A DNA stretch of 63,812 nucleotides, filler included, from Lama guanicoe (GCA_013239625.1; 201 parts of 201 records of this genome joined end to end with filler, not necessarily neighbours in it), one strand, 5' to 3'. Shown: positions 23,431-36,566, counted from the first letter of the whole stretch. Made by a program: numbers and translations. The notes: generated by a model not told the origin, from the letters alone.

Positions 23431-26074
23431 NNNNNNNNNNNNNNNNNNNNNNNNNNNNNNNNNNNNNNNNNNNNTTAATTAATTAANNNNNNNNNNNNNN
23501 NNNNNNNNNNNNNNNNNNNNNNNNNNNNNNGCTTGCCCTCAAAGTGTTTATACTTTAGTTGGAAAGAGTAATAAATAATTGTATGTACCAGATATTGGAG
23601 GATATGGCCTTAGCAAGACTTGGAAAGTGACCCAGTTGGTTCAAAGCATAGGATAGATTAAGAAGGAAAAAAAAAACAGTGGAAAGAAAAGTTTGGAAGG
23701 GCAAGTGGGAGCTCTATTATAAAGAACCTCAAAGGTCTTCTTAAAGAGNNNNNNNNNNNNNNNNNNNNNNNNNNNNNNNNNNNNNNNNNNNNTTAATTAA
23801 TTAANNNNNNNNNNNNNNNNNNNNNNNNNNNNNNNNNNNNNNNNNNNNCTAGGAGGTTGTGGAGCCCCTGGGTGTGGATTCAGGGCTTGGCCCCGCCCCT
23901 GCCCAGGCGCTGTGCACAGAAGGAGATGGCAGCTGTGGCTGTGCCCCACCTCTCTTCTCTCGAGAAGTGCCAATAATGGCAGTGCAGGTCTGAGGAGACA
24001 AAGACCATGATGCCCCTCCCCTCAGGGCACACCAGCCGTGTTGCTTTTTTTTTTTTTTTTTTTTTTNNNNNNNNNNNNNNNNNNNNNNNNNNNNNNNNNN
24101 NNNNNNNNNNTTAATTAATTAANNNNNNNNNNNNNNNNNNNNNNNNNNNNNNNNNNNNNNNNNNNNAAAATGAACTTTTTATTTTCTAACAAAATGAATT
24201 TTCAGGGAGAAACAATACAATGAACAAGTTTTGCAGAAACAGCAACTTGAAAGCACTCTCCAACCACTAAAATTTGAACTGAAGAGCAGAAGGGATAAAC
24301 CGAGTCAGGTAAATTATTCTTAGGTGAAAATTTCTTATCTCTAACACTGTTTCATCAATATTATTTATAATATTCCTTTGAATTNNNNNNNNNNNNNNNN
24401 NNNNNNNNNNNNNNNNNNNNNNNNNNNNTTAATTAATTAANNNNNNNNNNNNNNNNNNNNNNNNNNNNNNNNNNNNNNNNNNNNCCAGTCACAGTGACTG
24501 TTTCAGGAATGGGCATTTGACCCCCGTAGCCCCGCAAGGTGACTGGCCTGCAGGAAATAAGCCCTCTGCGGCATAAATCTCATAGAAGTTGGAGTTTCCT
24601 GCAAGAAGCACATTTAGAAGAACGGTCCACATTTCAGGAGACCTCAGGCTGGGGGGTGCTTGGCGCTGGCATCTGCCCGTCCGTGCTGAGCACTGTCCGT
24701 CTNNNNNNNNNNNNNNNNNNNNNNNNNNNNNNNNNNNNNNNNNNNNTTAATTAATTAANNNNNNNNNNNNNNNNNNNNNNNNNNNNNNNNNNNNNNNNNN
24801 NNTTTGTTGACTGAAGGGTGACTGTTCAGATAAGATGTTAGGTGGATAGTATGTGAGTCCATATTTCATCTTTTCCTTCATTTTATCCAACCATCTTTCC
24901 AGACACCCAGCCATCCATCCATCTGATCATTTAGCAAATATTTTCTGCATATTCTCTCTGTCACAGCAACACAGTGTTCAGGAGGATCTACCTCTTCATT
25001 TGTCATTTACAGGAAAATGGNNNNNNNNNNNNNNNNNNNNNNNNNNNNNNNNNNNNNNNNNNNNTTAATTAATTAANNNNNNNNNNNNNNNNNNNNNNNN
25101 NNNNNNNNNNNNNNNNNNNNAGAGGGTGCAAGGATCCCAGAGCACACACAGCTGCCCAGCCCTGATGGGGGTGGGGGCTGAAGAATGATAATGGGAGGCC
25201 TCCAGGCAGAAAGACTCCTGAAGGGAATGAATGGGGAATCCTATGATGGGATTGATGGCTCAGCTGGTCAGGACCACGCTGCCAAGTGACATGGAGAATG
25301 GACCAGAACAGGTGAGGAGGGAAGCTGGTGCCTCCTTGNNNNNNNNNNNNNNNNNNNNNNNNNNNNNNNNNNNNNNNNNNNNTTAATTAATTAANNNNNN
25401 NNNNNNNNNNNNNNNNNNNNNNNNNNNNNNNNNNNNNNTTTCAAGTCTTTTGTTCATTTTATTTATACCTTTTCATCTTATCATTGAGTAGTAGGCATTC
25501 CTTATATAATCTGGCTGTAAGTCTCTTCATGTATGTCACCAGAATATTTCCTCTTACTTTGTGGCTTTCATAGTCATTATCTTAACAGAGGATTTGTTTT
25601 AATCAATTTTTTTGATTTTGAGGTAATTATAGATTCACATGGAGTTCTTACACATCNNNNNNNNNNNNNNNNNNNNNNNNNNNNNNNNNNNNNNNNNNNN
25701 TTAATTAATTAANNNNNNNNNNNNNNNNNNNNNNNNNNNNNNNNNNNNNNNNNNNNGGGAAAAGTAGGGTAGTGGCACAGAAACATGATGAGAAAAGGTG
25801 ATATGAGAAATAAGAGACAATAAAATGAGAACAGTTATGAAAAGAGGAGAGAGAGAGAGAATGGAATAAAGAATAGATCAAGATATATATGCATGATAAA
25901 AAAATAGCCAACTCAGATTGTCATTTTTATTATATTTCCTTCCTACATTTTATGTATTTGTTTACCTTTTTTTTNNNNNNNNNNNNNNNNNNNNNNNNNN
26001 NNNNNNNNNNNNNNNNNNTTAATTAATTAANNNNNNNNNNNNNNNNNNNNNNNNNNNNNNNNNNNNNNNNNNNN

Positions 26075-26292
26075 TTTTATGGAGGTGAATTGTGTCCCCC
26101 AAAGGTTCATATGTTGACGTTCTAACCCCCAGTATCTCAGGGTGCGACCTTATTCGGAAATACGGCCACTGCAGAAGTATTCAGTTAAGACAAAGTCGTG
26201 CTGGTGGCCCGACCCACTGTGACTGGTGTCTTCACAGGAAGAAGGAAACGCCATGCGAAGACACAGAGACACAGAGGGAAGAGGCCGTGTGA
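26075..26292 (+). mobile_element. MLT1 (MaLR) LTR 5' part
   Basis: ttatgg.gtgaattgtgtcccccaaa.ttcatatgttga.gt.ctaacccccagta.ctcag..tg.gaccttatt.ggaaata..tgactggtgtc.t..agaagacacagagacacagagggaaga. Confidence 0.92.
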
Positions 26293-27174
26293 NNNNNNNN
26301 NNNNNNNNNNNNNNNNNNNNNNNNNNNNNNNNNNNNTTAATTAATTAANNNNNNNNNNNNNNNNNNNNNNNNNNNNNNNNNNNNNNNNNNNNAAACACAG
26401 ATATATTTTTTTTTAATAACTGGATTGAAGACCAAAGCTTGTAATTGAAATCAATAAATGTACCTGCTCCCAAATTTGATGTTAGTTCCAACTAATGAGC
26501 TGATTAGAGCTGGTGATGAACTAAAACGTGGGCACGAAGAACACTGCGGCCCGCCACACTTTCTGCCAGACGCAGAAAAGCAGGAGATGGATGAGAAGAG
26601 AGTGTTCTTTNNNNNNNNNNNNNNNNNNNNNNNNNNNNNNNNNNNNNNNNNNNNTTAATTAATTAANNNNNNNNNNNNNNNNNNNNNNNNNNNNNNNNNN
26701 NNNNNNNNNNGGGAACAAAATAAATAAGATCCCTGCCCTTATATGAACTTGCTTTCCAGCGGAAAGGGCAAACTGGGGAAGAAACTGCTGGTCTGATAGA
26801 AGGTATCAAAGGGAACGTAAGTGGTCCTGACACACGTGGCCGGGAACTTGAACGTCGACAGTGGCAGAACAGGTGTCCCGAAGGGAAGTGATTATTTCAG
26901 CATCATCTTAAGGAACTGAATAGGATGTNNNNNNNNNNNNNNNNNNNNNNNNNNNNNNNNNNNNNNNNNNNNTTAATTAATTAANNNNNNNNNNNNNNNN
27001 NNNNNNNNNNNNNNNNNNNNNNNNNNNNATGGAGCTACATGATTGATACGTCATCTAGATCTACATCTGTTCTATTGAGTTTAGTCAAACTAGATGTGTA
27101 CTGTAGAGCTAGACACAGAATAAGGCTTCCATAATTAATTGTGGGAAAGCAATCTATCCAACAGGCTAATCAAT

Positions 27175-27246
27175 GAGCCTCAAACTCTGGCTTCTAGGCC
27201 AAACCTGGCCCACTACCTGATTATTATAAAGTATCATGGGACCTCA
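27175..27246 (+). mobile_element. MER58-like hAT MITE end
   Basis: caaactctggc..ctaggccaaacctggcccactacctg.tt.tt.taaagt.tcatggga. Confidence 0.6.
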
Positions 27247-27348
27247 NNNNNNNNNNNNNNNNNNNNNNNNNNNNNNNNNNNNNNNNNNNNTTAATTAATT
27301 AANNNNNNNNNNNNNNNNNNNNNNNNNNNNNNNNNNNNNNNNNNNNAC

Positions 27349-27379
<31 letters not shown>

Positions 27380-27981
27380 TTTATATAGTGGGGACAGCTA
27401 TTTCTCTGCCCTGGTTTCAGCAGAAATGTGTAACTCATTCTTTCAATTCTAGAATATGATACTTTGTTTTATTTTTAAATAAGCAAGAGATCACTTAAAC
27501 CCTTTCCTCAAAGTAAAGAACAGTCTCTCTCTAAAGATAAATTTTTAAACATTGCTGGCAACTNNNNNNNNNNNNNNNNNNNNNNNNNNNNNNNNNNNNN
27601 NNNNNNNTTAATTAATTAANNNNNNNNNNNNNNNNNNNNNNNNNNNNNNNNNNNNNNNNNNNNAGCTGTAGGAGCCCCATTTTCAGAACTTTGCTTTTTC
27701 TTTTCATCTTGCCGTTGCAACAAAGATTGTAGCCACTGATAATCACACATCTAAGATTTGTGGAAAATATTCTCCACAAAACCAACGCCATCCGCTGAGT
27801 TTCAAATACTATATAATTTTCATTTTGTCTATTTAAATATTTTAATACTAATCTCTTATTTTTTATGTGCTTAGGAACTTTNNNNNNNNNNNNNNNNNNN
27901 NNNNNNNNNNNNNNNNNNNNNNNNNTTAATTAATTAANNNNNNNNNNNNNNNNNNNNNNNNNNNNNNNNNNNNNNNNNNNN

Positions 27982-28199
27982 GGATGGGGGCTGGTTGTCA
28001 GTGGAGTCGGCCATGTGATCAGAGGTTCTCACACTCCCACCGTGACTCCCTTTCTTCCTTTGTCCTCCACCCATCATATCCGGGGAGGGGAGAGGGGCTG
28101 TACACTGAGTTCAGTTACCAATGGCCAGTCATTTAATCAGTCATGACTATGTAATGAAGCCTCCATAAAAAACCCACAAGGACTGCGTTTGGAGAGCTA
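27982..28199 (+). mobile_element. MER21-type ERVL LTR fragment
   Basis: ggatgggggctggt..ccatgtgat.agagg..cggggaggggagaggggctg..ctgagttca.t.accaatggcca.t.atttaatca.tcatg.ctatgtaatgaagcctccataaaaa. Confidence 0.9.
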
Positions 28200-29025
28200 N
28201 NNNNNNNNNNNNNNNNNNNNNNNNNNNNNNNNNNNNNNNNNNNTTAATTAATTAANNNNNNNNNNNNNNNNNNNNNNNNNNNNNNNNNNNNNNNNNNNNC
28301 CCTGCCGCCTGCTCCCGCCCAGGGGTGCCGTGCCCAGCTCCCTCAGCCCCCTCGGGGACCCACAATGCCAGCATGCCACCTGCTCCTGCCAGGCGTGCCT
28401 GCAGGGCCCAGCCAGGGTGCCTAGGACCTGGCTTCCACCAGCAGGCTCCTGGCGTGGGGAGGGGTCCGGGGGAGCCTGGAGATAATGAGGAGTGAGAGGC
28501 GGGGCCTGGAGCTGCCCNNNNNNNNNNNNNNNNNNNNNNNNNNNNNNNNNNNNNNNNNNNNTTAATTAATTAANNNNNNNNNNNNNNNNNNNNNNNNNNN
28601 NNNNNNNNNNNNNNNNNGATATGGGAAAGTTCTCTTTATAGTTTCAGAGGGAGCTGAAGACCAAGGCAGGAGTGGGGGCGAAGGGAGAGTGAGGGTTTAA
28701 GGGAAGCACAAATCTCATAAAACTTGGCAAGCTCAATCTGACCTACTCAAGGTCAAGATTAGTGGGACTGTATGGTAGGAGGAGCAGGCAAGGCAGACTC
28801 TCAGAGTTGTAGGAACTGTGAGAGTATGTGGTTCCNNNNNNNNNNNNNNNNNNNNNNNNNNNNNNNNNNNNNNNNNNNNTTAATTAATTAANNNNNNNNN
28901 NNNNNNNNNNNNNNNNNNNNNNNNNNNNNNNNNNNTTAATTCAAAGTGTCTTTTGTGGTATTTACATGATTTCCTGCCTATTTACCAGGTTAAAAAAAAG
29001 GAAATCAAGGATTGAAAATCAGCTT

Positions 29026-29103
29026 TAAGGCATCCAGATTGGAAAAAATGAAGTAAAATTGTCTGTCTTTGCAGATGACATGAGTTTATATGTAGAAAAT
29101 CCT
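29026..29103 (+). mobile_element. L1 ORF2 RT catalytic-motif fragment
   Basis: KGIQIGKNEVKLSVFADDMSLYVENP, with FADD at 29068-29079. Confidence 0.92.
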
Positions 29104-29889
29104 TAGGTTGCCACTTGGGGTGAGGGGACTGCTTATCAATAATACATAAAATCNNNNNNNNNNNNNNNNNNNNNNNNNNNNNNNNNNNNNNNNNNNNTTA
29201 ATTAATTAANNNNNNNNNNNNNNNNNNNNNNNNNNNNNNNNNNNNNNNNNNNNGTGGGACTTGAACTTTGCTTCCCACTGAGTGGGTTCATCAGTATCAC
29301 CTATGCCCCTGGCCAGCCTCAGTGGCCTGAGTGCTAGCCCGCCTCTCCCGACCTCAGCGTCCTCAGCTGCCACGCCAGGTGTTCAGACCCATGTCTCAAG
29401 GTTGCTTCTGCTCATTAAGTCCGTGACTGTGGTTCATACACAGAGGTAAGCCCGCAGTTCAGTTGCGTGAGNNNNNNNNNNNNNNNNNNNNNNNNNNNNN
29501 NNNNNNNNNNNNNNNTTAATTAATTAANNNNNNNNNNNNNNNNNNNNNNNNNNNNNNNNNNNNNNNNNNNNTCACTAAAAGCGGAGAAATTGAATATTAT
29601 GTTGCTCCTGATGGTGCAGTAAAGTGTAAACAGAAGCACCTTTGAAGTTTCAGTACCAAAAACATAGTTCGGGTGTTTGGGGCTGAGGGGAGCTCTGCCC
29701 TTGTCCTTACAGAAGGTGGCTTCTAGCTGGGGTGTCGCAGGCTTTACGCGTAACAGGCATGCCTTAGCACAAGGGCATGCAAATACGGANNNNNNNNNNN
29801 NNNNNNNNNNNNNNNNNNNNNNNNNNNNNNNNNTTAATTAATTAANNNNNNNNNNNNNNNNNNNNNNNNNNNNNNNNNNNNNNNNNNNN

Positions 29890-30107
29890 TGATCTTTATT
29901 ATTTCCTTCCTTCTGCTGACTTTTGGGTTTTTTTTTTTCTCTTCTTTTTCTCATTCTTTTACTGGTAGGTTAGATTGTTTATTTGAGATTGTTCTTTTTT
30001 TAAGGAAGGCCTGTATCGCTATAAACTTCCCTCTTAGCACTACCTTTGCTGCATCCCGTAGATTCTGTGTGGTTGTGTTTTCATTATCATTTGTCTCAAA
30101 GTATTTT
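29890..30107 (-). mobile_element. L1 ORF2 fragment
   Basis: tgatctttattatttccttccttctgctgactttt..gttagattgtttatttgaga..gctataaacttccctcttagcact..ttttcattatcatttgtctcaa. Confidence 0.93.
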
Positions 30108-31165
30108 NNNNNNNNNNNNNNNNNNNNNNNNNNNNNNNNNNNNNNNNNNNNTTAATTAATTAANNNNNNNNNNNNNNNNNNNNNNNNNNNNNNNNNNNNN
30201 NNNNNNNCCAGATGTTAGTTAATTCATTATCTAAGGGCTTAAGCTTCTTACACCCGAGGAAAGGAAATGTCTACCTTTAGGAGGAGGTAGGCAGTCTGGT
30301 GCACTTGAGGAAGTTTTCTGGGAGGGGGTTTGCTAGGTCATAGCTCAGGATTGTTAGTTGGGCTAAAGCAGCTACCTGTTGGGAGAGGAATGTTCTTTTT
30401 GTTTACTTAGGGTGCAGACAGGCATNNNNNNNNNNNNNNNNNNNNNNNNNNNNNNNNNNNNNNNNNNNNTTAATTAATTAANNNNNNNNNNNNNNNNNNN
30501 NNNNNNNNNNNNNNNNNNNNNNNNNTTGTTGTTGTTGTTGTTGTTGATATTTAGTGTTTTTAACATAACACTTATCACCTTCTAGTCCACAGATTAATTT
30601 ATGTTGTTTTTCATATTTTTAAAAATTATTTCTCCCTGCACAAAAAGTTAAACACCACAAAAGCAAGAATCTTTGTTTGTTCGATGACATTTCTAGGGCC
30701 TAGACTAGTGTTTTAACAGTTATGAAAAATACTTTCCAACATGNNNNNNNNNNNNNNNNNNNNNNNNNNNNNNNNNNNNNNNNNNNNTTAATTAATTAAN
30801 NNNNNNNNNNNNNNNNNNNNNNNNNNNNNNNNNNNNNNNNNNNTTTTTTTTTATTTAAATGCATATTTTAATATTTGTACCTTCATAAAGATGAATATCC
30901 CAAGTTAACTTTATGTTAGTTAAAAATTCACTCAAAGGTATATTTTCAATGAACAACTTATTTATAATAATACATTTAAAATTTAAATTAATTTTATATC
31001 TTTTGAAATAAGAACATAAAAGATGACTTTTTACTAAATTAAATTATTCTAGGCATTGTTCNNNNNNNNNNNNNNNNNNNNNNNNNNNNNNNNNNNNNNN
31101 NNNNNTTAATTAATTAANNNNNNNNNNNNNNNNNNNNNNNNNNNNNNNNNNNNNNNNNNNNAAGA

Positions 31166-31356
31166 CAGTGGGCCTCAAGCTGGGAGTTTACTGAGTCACC
31201 AAGAGAGAACGTTAAAACTCAAATTGCTGCCCTCATTCACCCTGCAGGGCCTGATTCCATAGCTCTGAATGGGGCCCAGCTATTCTATCTCATTTCCAGC
31301 AGTTCTCAGGAGGTGCTGATACTCCTGGTGTGGGAATTACACTTTGAGAATCACTG
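31166..31356 (+). mobile_element. Near full-length MER5A hAT MITE
   Basis: Termini cagtgggcctcaag ... ttgagaatcactg; internal gttaaaactcaaattgctg..ctgattc..ggggccc..ggtgctgat..cacactttgagaa. Confidence 0.85.
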
Positions 31357-31479
31357 ATCTCAGTGATTTGATAAATTAGNNNNNNNNNNNNNNNNNNNNN
31401 NNNNNNNNNNNNNNNNNNNNNNNTTAATTAATTAANNNNNNNNNNNNNNNNNNNNNNNNNNNNNNNNNNNNNNNNNNNN

Positions 31480-31697
31480 ATAATGGTTTACTTAAAGTTT
31501 TCCTGATTATTCACCTATAATAAGGGATATCTCCTTTTAAATAATGTATGTCATATAAAGCAAAACTCAACCAGAAAAGCAGTAACTTCCCTGAAAATAG
31601 AACTAAAATGTGAAGCATTACAATCTTTGACTTACAAAAATACCTTTTGGTCTCATTAAACCTTTACTCTCATAAATAAATAAGGTTACTTTGATAT
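31480..31697 (+). repeat. Bubble pair 5, copy A (partner 62005-62222)
   Basis: Co-terminal, 6 substitutions. Differences lie 33 and 49 bases in from the start; the last leaves a 49-bp identical 3' flank. Confidence 0.97.
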
Positions 31698-32433
31698 NNN
31701 NNNNNNNNNNNNNNNNNNNNNNNNNNNNNNNNNNNNNNNNNTTAATTAATTAANNNNNNNNNNNNNNNNNNNNNNNNNNNNNNNNNNNNNNNNNNNNTGA
31801 GGGCTAGAAACTTTGCCGCATGTACCCAAAACACAGTTTACATATACCCCAGAGGCTGAAGGGCTGTCTTATTCTAAATAACCTATGAGCAGTAATTATA
31901 CCAATCTTCCTAAGTACCTTATATTCTCAGTGCCTTACATATTCATCCATTCATTCAGTGAACAAGTATTTTCTGAGCAGCTACAAAGTCCCAGAGGTGA
32001 CAAAGGCCAAACATCNNNNNNNNNNNNNNNNNNNNNNNNNNNNNNNNNNNNNNNNNNNNTTAATTAATTAANNNNNNNNNNNNNNNNNNNNNNNNNNNNN
32101 NNNNNNNNNNNNNNNTTTCCAAAAGAGATTCACTAGTGGAGATGGACTGGCAGCTTCTCCATCGCAGCCAATCGGCACACTTGCCTGGCCATCCCCACGG
32201 AAAGAGACCTGGGGGTAGGCGCGGGAAGTGATGGATGACACGCAGAGTGCGGTGTTTCAAGAAGGGGCCCCGAGGGGAACGTCGCGTAGGTCTACCGAGT
32301 TGCCGTCTAGTTCAGATTTCTCAGGATAAAGGCNNNNNNNNNNNNNNNNNNNNNNNNNNNNNNNNNNNNNNNNNNNNTTAATTAATTAANNNNNNNNNNN
32401 NNNNNNNNNNNNNNNNNNNNNNNNNNNNNNNNN

Positions 32434-32627
32434 GAAGGTCTGGGGGCCACGTGCTCTCCACCATCAAGTAGTTAATTTTTTCCCCTTGGTGGTGGTTTTT
32501 AGCATCTGAAAAACTCAGGAAATACACGTGAGATACTATTATCTGGGTGCTTCAGAGACGAGGTGCAGCAGAGGACACGGGAGAGGGTCTGACCCTTGAA
32601 GTTCCCACAGGGTCCTGCTTGGTTACA
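32434..32627 (-). mobile_element. ERV1-class LTR 5' end
   Basis: Reverse complement starts TGTAACCAAGCAGGACCCTGTGGG, then ..ctctgaagcacccagataatagtatctc..tttcctgagtttttcagatgctaaaa. Confidence 0.75.
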
Positions 32628-32784
32628 ATGGAACAATTCTCCTGTGCAGAANNNNNNNNNNNNNNNNNNNNNNNNNNNNNNNNNNNNNNNNNNNNTTAAT
32701 TAATTAANNNNNNNNNNNNNNNNNNNNNNNNNNNNNNNNNNNNNNNNNNNNTTAAATTAATATTTCTGTATAATATAATGTATA

Positions 32785-32969
32785 ATTCATTTGAATGCCC
32801 ATATCTTGAACTCATTTATATTCTTTTTCCCAAACTCAAATCTACTTTATTTTTGTGTTGTCTGTCTTGGACAATGGAACTGCTTTTCAGCCAGTTATTC
32901 AAGTCAGAAATTTTTAAGCCATGATAGAATTCTTCATTTCTACCCATAGCAATCATTCATCAGATGCTT
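32785..32969 (+). mobile_element. L2 ORF2 3' fragment
   Basis: tgaactcatt..ttcccaaa..caatggaac..cagccagttattcaagtcagaaa..ca.gatagaattcttc. Confidence 0.6.
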
Positions 32970-33387
32970 NNNNNNNNNNNNNNNNNNNNNNNNNNNNNNN
33001 NNNNNNNNNNNNNTTAATTAATTAANNNNNNNNNNNNNNNNNNNNNNNNNNNNNNNNNNNNNNNNNNNNTATCCAGTTGGTCAAGAAACTTAAAAATCAT
33101 GTCACACCAACAAAGGAACTGGCCTTGGGGAAATGCACATTTCAGAATTTAATAGTAACCAAATTTTCTGACTAAGAGGTAAAGTTTTATGCTTACTCTG
33201 CCGAATTTCCTTAATTTAAACTAAGTGAAAAACACACTTTCCCCTGAAAGAGTTAAATAGATTTTCCAGCCTTTGAACACCAAGGAANNNNNNNNNNNNN
33301 NNNNNNNNNNNNNNNNNNNNNNNNNNNNNNNTTAATTAATTAANNNNNNNNNNNNNNNNNNNNNNNNNNNNNNNNNNNNNNNNNNNN

Positions 33388-33605
33388 CGGGGCCGCGTGC
33401 TGGTGGGCGGGGCCGCGCGTGGTGGGCGGGGCCTCTGAGTCCAGCTCCCACCTCCTTGGTGATTTGGACCACTCGACTTCGAGCTCTTTCCACCCTCTAC
33501 CTCGCGCTCAGGCTCCAAACTTGCGGTTCTGCTGCCCCAAAGCCTGGGTCCTCGCCGCCTGCGTCCCCGTCTCACACTCTCATTGTCTCAGCTCAGGTGT
33601 CCCCT
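33388..33605. promoter_or_regulatory. CpG-rich promoter-like fragment with tandem GC boxes
   Basis: ggggccgcgtgctggtgggc/ggggccgcgcgtggtgggc/ggggcc: a 19-20 bp duplication giving two GGGCGGGG Sp/KLF sites. Confidence 0.5.
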
Positions 33606-33705
33606 NNNNNNNNNNNNNNNNNNNNNNNNNNNNNNNNNNNNNNNNNNNNTTAATTAATTAANNNNNNNNNNNNNNNNNNNNNNNNNNNNNNNNNNNNNNN
33701 NNNNN

Positions 33706-33755
33706 AAGTGCTCAACAGCCTTACATGGCTGGTGACTACCATACTGAACAGAATA
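33706..33755. mobile_element. MER3/MER33-like hAT terminal fragment
   Basis: aagtgctcaacagcc..acatggctggtgactaccatactgaacag. Confidence 0.55.
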
Positions 33756-35319
33756 TCTCTAAATTCTTGGAGGGCAGGGGATTTCAACTCAGTTCCCTTT
33801 GTAAAATACCTATTTTTCTGTGTGTCACACATAATGACATGTTTCTCAGTTTCTTTATCTGGTTACGAGACATTGTAATGCTTGGCCCCTGGTCACTTCA
33901 TAGGGATGTAAAGGCAATTAATGNNNNNNNNNNNNNNNNNNNNNNNNNNNNNNNNNNNNNNNNNNNNTTAATTAATTAANNNNNNNNNNNNNNNNNNNNN
34001 NNNNNNNNNNNNNNNNNNNNNNNGGCAGGCGGTGGGGATTGCAGAAGGTCAGGATTTTTGAGTTTTCTCTGACGTTTGTCTAGAAGTTCAGCTTCCTCAC
34101 CCCTGTGTACCAGGGAAGTCCCGTCAGTGCCTTCCATTTTTAAAGGGATGTGTGTATTTATTTGGGGATACGTGTGTTCCTTTATTTCCCTGTTGCAACT
34201 AAGGAGTTCTTCTCTGAGCTTTTTTCCTGAAAGCCTCTTCANNNNNNNNNNNNNNNNNNNNNNNNNNNNNNNNNNNNNNNNNNNNTTAATTAATTAANNN
34301 NNNNNNNNNNNNNNNNNNNNNNNNNNNNNNNNNNNNNNNNNTTATTTTCCATTGCTCATGCAAGACCTTACCTGATGTACTGTTAATTACATGGATTTCC
34401 AGTCTGGCTTTTGGGAACAGATATCATTCATGGCCACATGTGAGCACCAGGTACTGATTCCTCTAACATGTTTGGGTCATTTTTTTTTTTCTGACTTTCT
34501 CTAGGTTTTTGTAAGCATGTGCTGACTAGTAATTTGCTGAATACTTAAGGAGACCTTTCNNNNNNNNNNNNNNNNNNNNNNNNNNNNNNNNNNNNNNNNN
34601 NNNTTAATTAATTAANNNNNNNNNNNNNNNNNNNNNNNNNNNNNNNNNNNNNNNNNNNNGGGCTCTGGGCCCTGGCTGTCCTTCCTTCAACAGTGAGCGG
34701 GCGTCTACCGCGTGTCAGGGCCAGTGTTAGGAGCGGGGAACGCACTGGTCATTGTGTCTATACACACCACATCTTCTTTATCTATTCATCTATTGATGGG
34801 AATAATTTTATCTTTGAACTTGTGTTCTGTAAGTGAAGTGCAATGGAACAATGAGCACGTGCAGAGGAGATACATGCNNNNNNNNNNNNNNNNNNNNNNN
34901 NNNNNNNNNNNNNNNNNNNNNTTAATTAATTAANNNNNNNNNNNNNNNNNNNNNNNNNNNNNNNNNNNNNNNNNNNNTACGAGTCTGTTGATTGGAGGTT
35001 AGAAACCTGGAGAAGAAATTCGTCTTGGTGTAGACTGTTTCATACAACTTTATTTAAAGTAATGCAAAGGGATGTATTATACTTAAAACTCTAAAGTAAA
35101 ATAAATGTTTTAATTGTGTAGAATTACAGGAAAATGCTAGGTAAATTCAGTAAAAATGAACCTTTACTCTTAAATTGAAACAGTAAAGAAAATAGNNNNN
35201 NNNNNNNNNNNNNNNNNNNNNNNNNNNNNNNNNNNNNNNTTAATTAATTAANNNNNNNNNNNNNNNNNNNNNNNNNNNNNNNNNNNNNNNNNNNNTTTTT
35301 TTGTGAAGAAATGGATGTA

Positions 35320-35513
35320 TTAATTAATAGAATGAAAAATAAAAAACATATGATCATCTCAACAGATATAGAAAAAGCACTTGACAAAATTCAACATTCT
35401 TTCAACATAGAACTCTCCACAAATTGAGTATAGAAAGAATGTATATCTCAGTATAAGGACCATCCATGGCAAGTCCACAGTTAACATCATTCTCAATAGT
35501 CAAATGTTGAAAA
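35320..35513 (+). mobile_element. L1 ORF2 RT fragment
   Basis: INRMKNKKHMIISTDIEKALDKIQHSF matches L1 RT HMIISIDAEKAFDKIQH. Confidence 0.93.
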
Positions 35514-35931
35514 NNNNNNNNNNNNNNNNNNNNNNNNNNNNNNNNNNNNNNNNNNNNTTAATTAATTAANNNNNNNNNNNNNNNNNNNNNNNNNNNNNNN
35601 NNNNNNNNNNNNNTGAAGGCATGGCAGGTGGGAGTCTAGAGCCCGTCCTCGGGGTGGACAGAGTGTCACTCTCAGACAGCGCACCTGGCCCAGCCCCCAA
35701 GCCTGGGACTGCTCAGGGCCACCTGGAGATTAGTCTACCAGAAGTTCCCATGACCCTAGTCGTTAGATACACACACACACACTCACACATGGATGTTTAA
35801 GCCTGCCCCTCAGCTAAGGCCAAAGTTTACANNNNNNNNNNNNNNNNNNNNNNNNNNNNNNNNNNNNNNNNNNNNTTAATTAATTAANNNNNNNNNNNNN
35901 NNNNNNNNNNNNNNNNNNNNNNNNNNNNNNN

Positions 35932-36149
35932 AACCTGTTGTGGAAGGCTAGCAGAGGAATCACAGTAAGTAAGGGTAAGCCTGGTGTGTAGATTTAGGTC
36001 ATTGCCTTCTCCACTAATAAGAGTTGCTAGAGATTTAGTCACCTTCTTCTTTCTGGTATAGTTGGAAGACAGCCTCACAAATGGAGACTTTTCCTTAAAA
36101 ATATTACTTTATCCTACTAAGGGTTATCTTCTACTGGTTATCTCCTCTG
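35932..36149 (-). mobile_element. ERV1-class LTR fragment
   Basis: gtaagtaagggtaag..tagatttaggtc.ttgccttctcca.t.ataagagt..ctagagatttagtcacc..cacaaatggagacttt, antisense LTR pattern. Confidence 0.6.
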
Positions 36150-36249
36150 NNNNNNNNNNNNNNNNNNNNNNNNNNNNNNNNNNNNNNNNNNNNTTAATTA
36201 ATTAANNNNNNNNNNNNNNNNNNNNNNNNNNNNNNNNNNNNNNNNNNNN

Positions 36250-36466
36250 CATTCTAAATTCTGTGTTCTGCATTCTATGTTCTAAATTCTGGGATCTGAA
36301 TTTTGTTATCCACATTCTATATTCTTTGTTCTACATTCTATATTGTGTTTTCTATATTCTGCATTGCGGCTTCTATATTCTATATTCTGGGTTCTACATT
36401 CTATATTCTAAGTCTTTTATTCAGTATTCTGTATTCTATATTCTAAATACTGTGTTCCTCATTCCA
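36250..36466 (-). repeat. Heptamer satellite, same family as 21306-21522
   Basis: (attctat/attctgt/gttctgc)n is the reverse complement of AGAAYAY units and includes agaaccc and agaattt variants. Confidence 0.9.
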
Positions 36467-36566
36467 NNNNNNNNNNNNNNNNNNNNNNNNNNNNNNNNNN
36501 NNNNNNNNNNTTAATTAATTAANNNNNNNNNNNNNNNNNNNNNNNNNNNNNNNNNNNNNNNNNNNN

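Noticed and set aside
36263..36514. Hydrophobic F/Y/I/L-rich membrane peptide
   Set aside because: It is the translation of the heptamer satellite.
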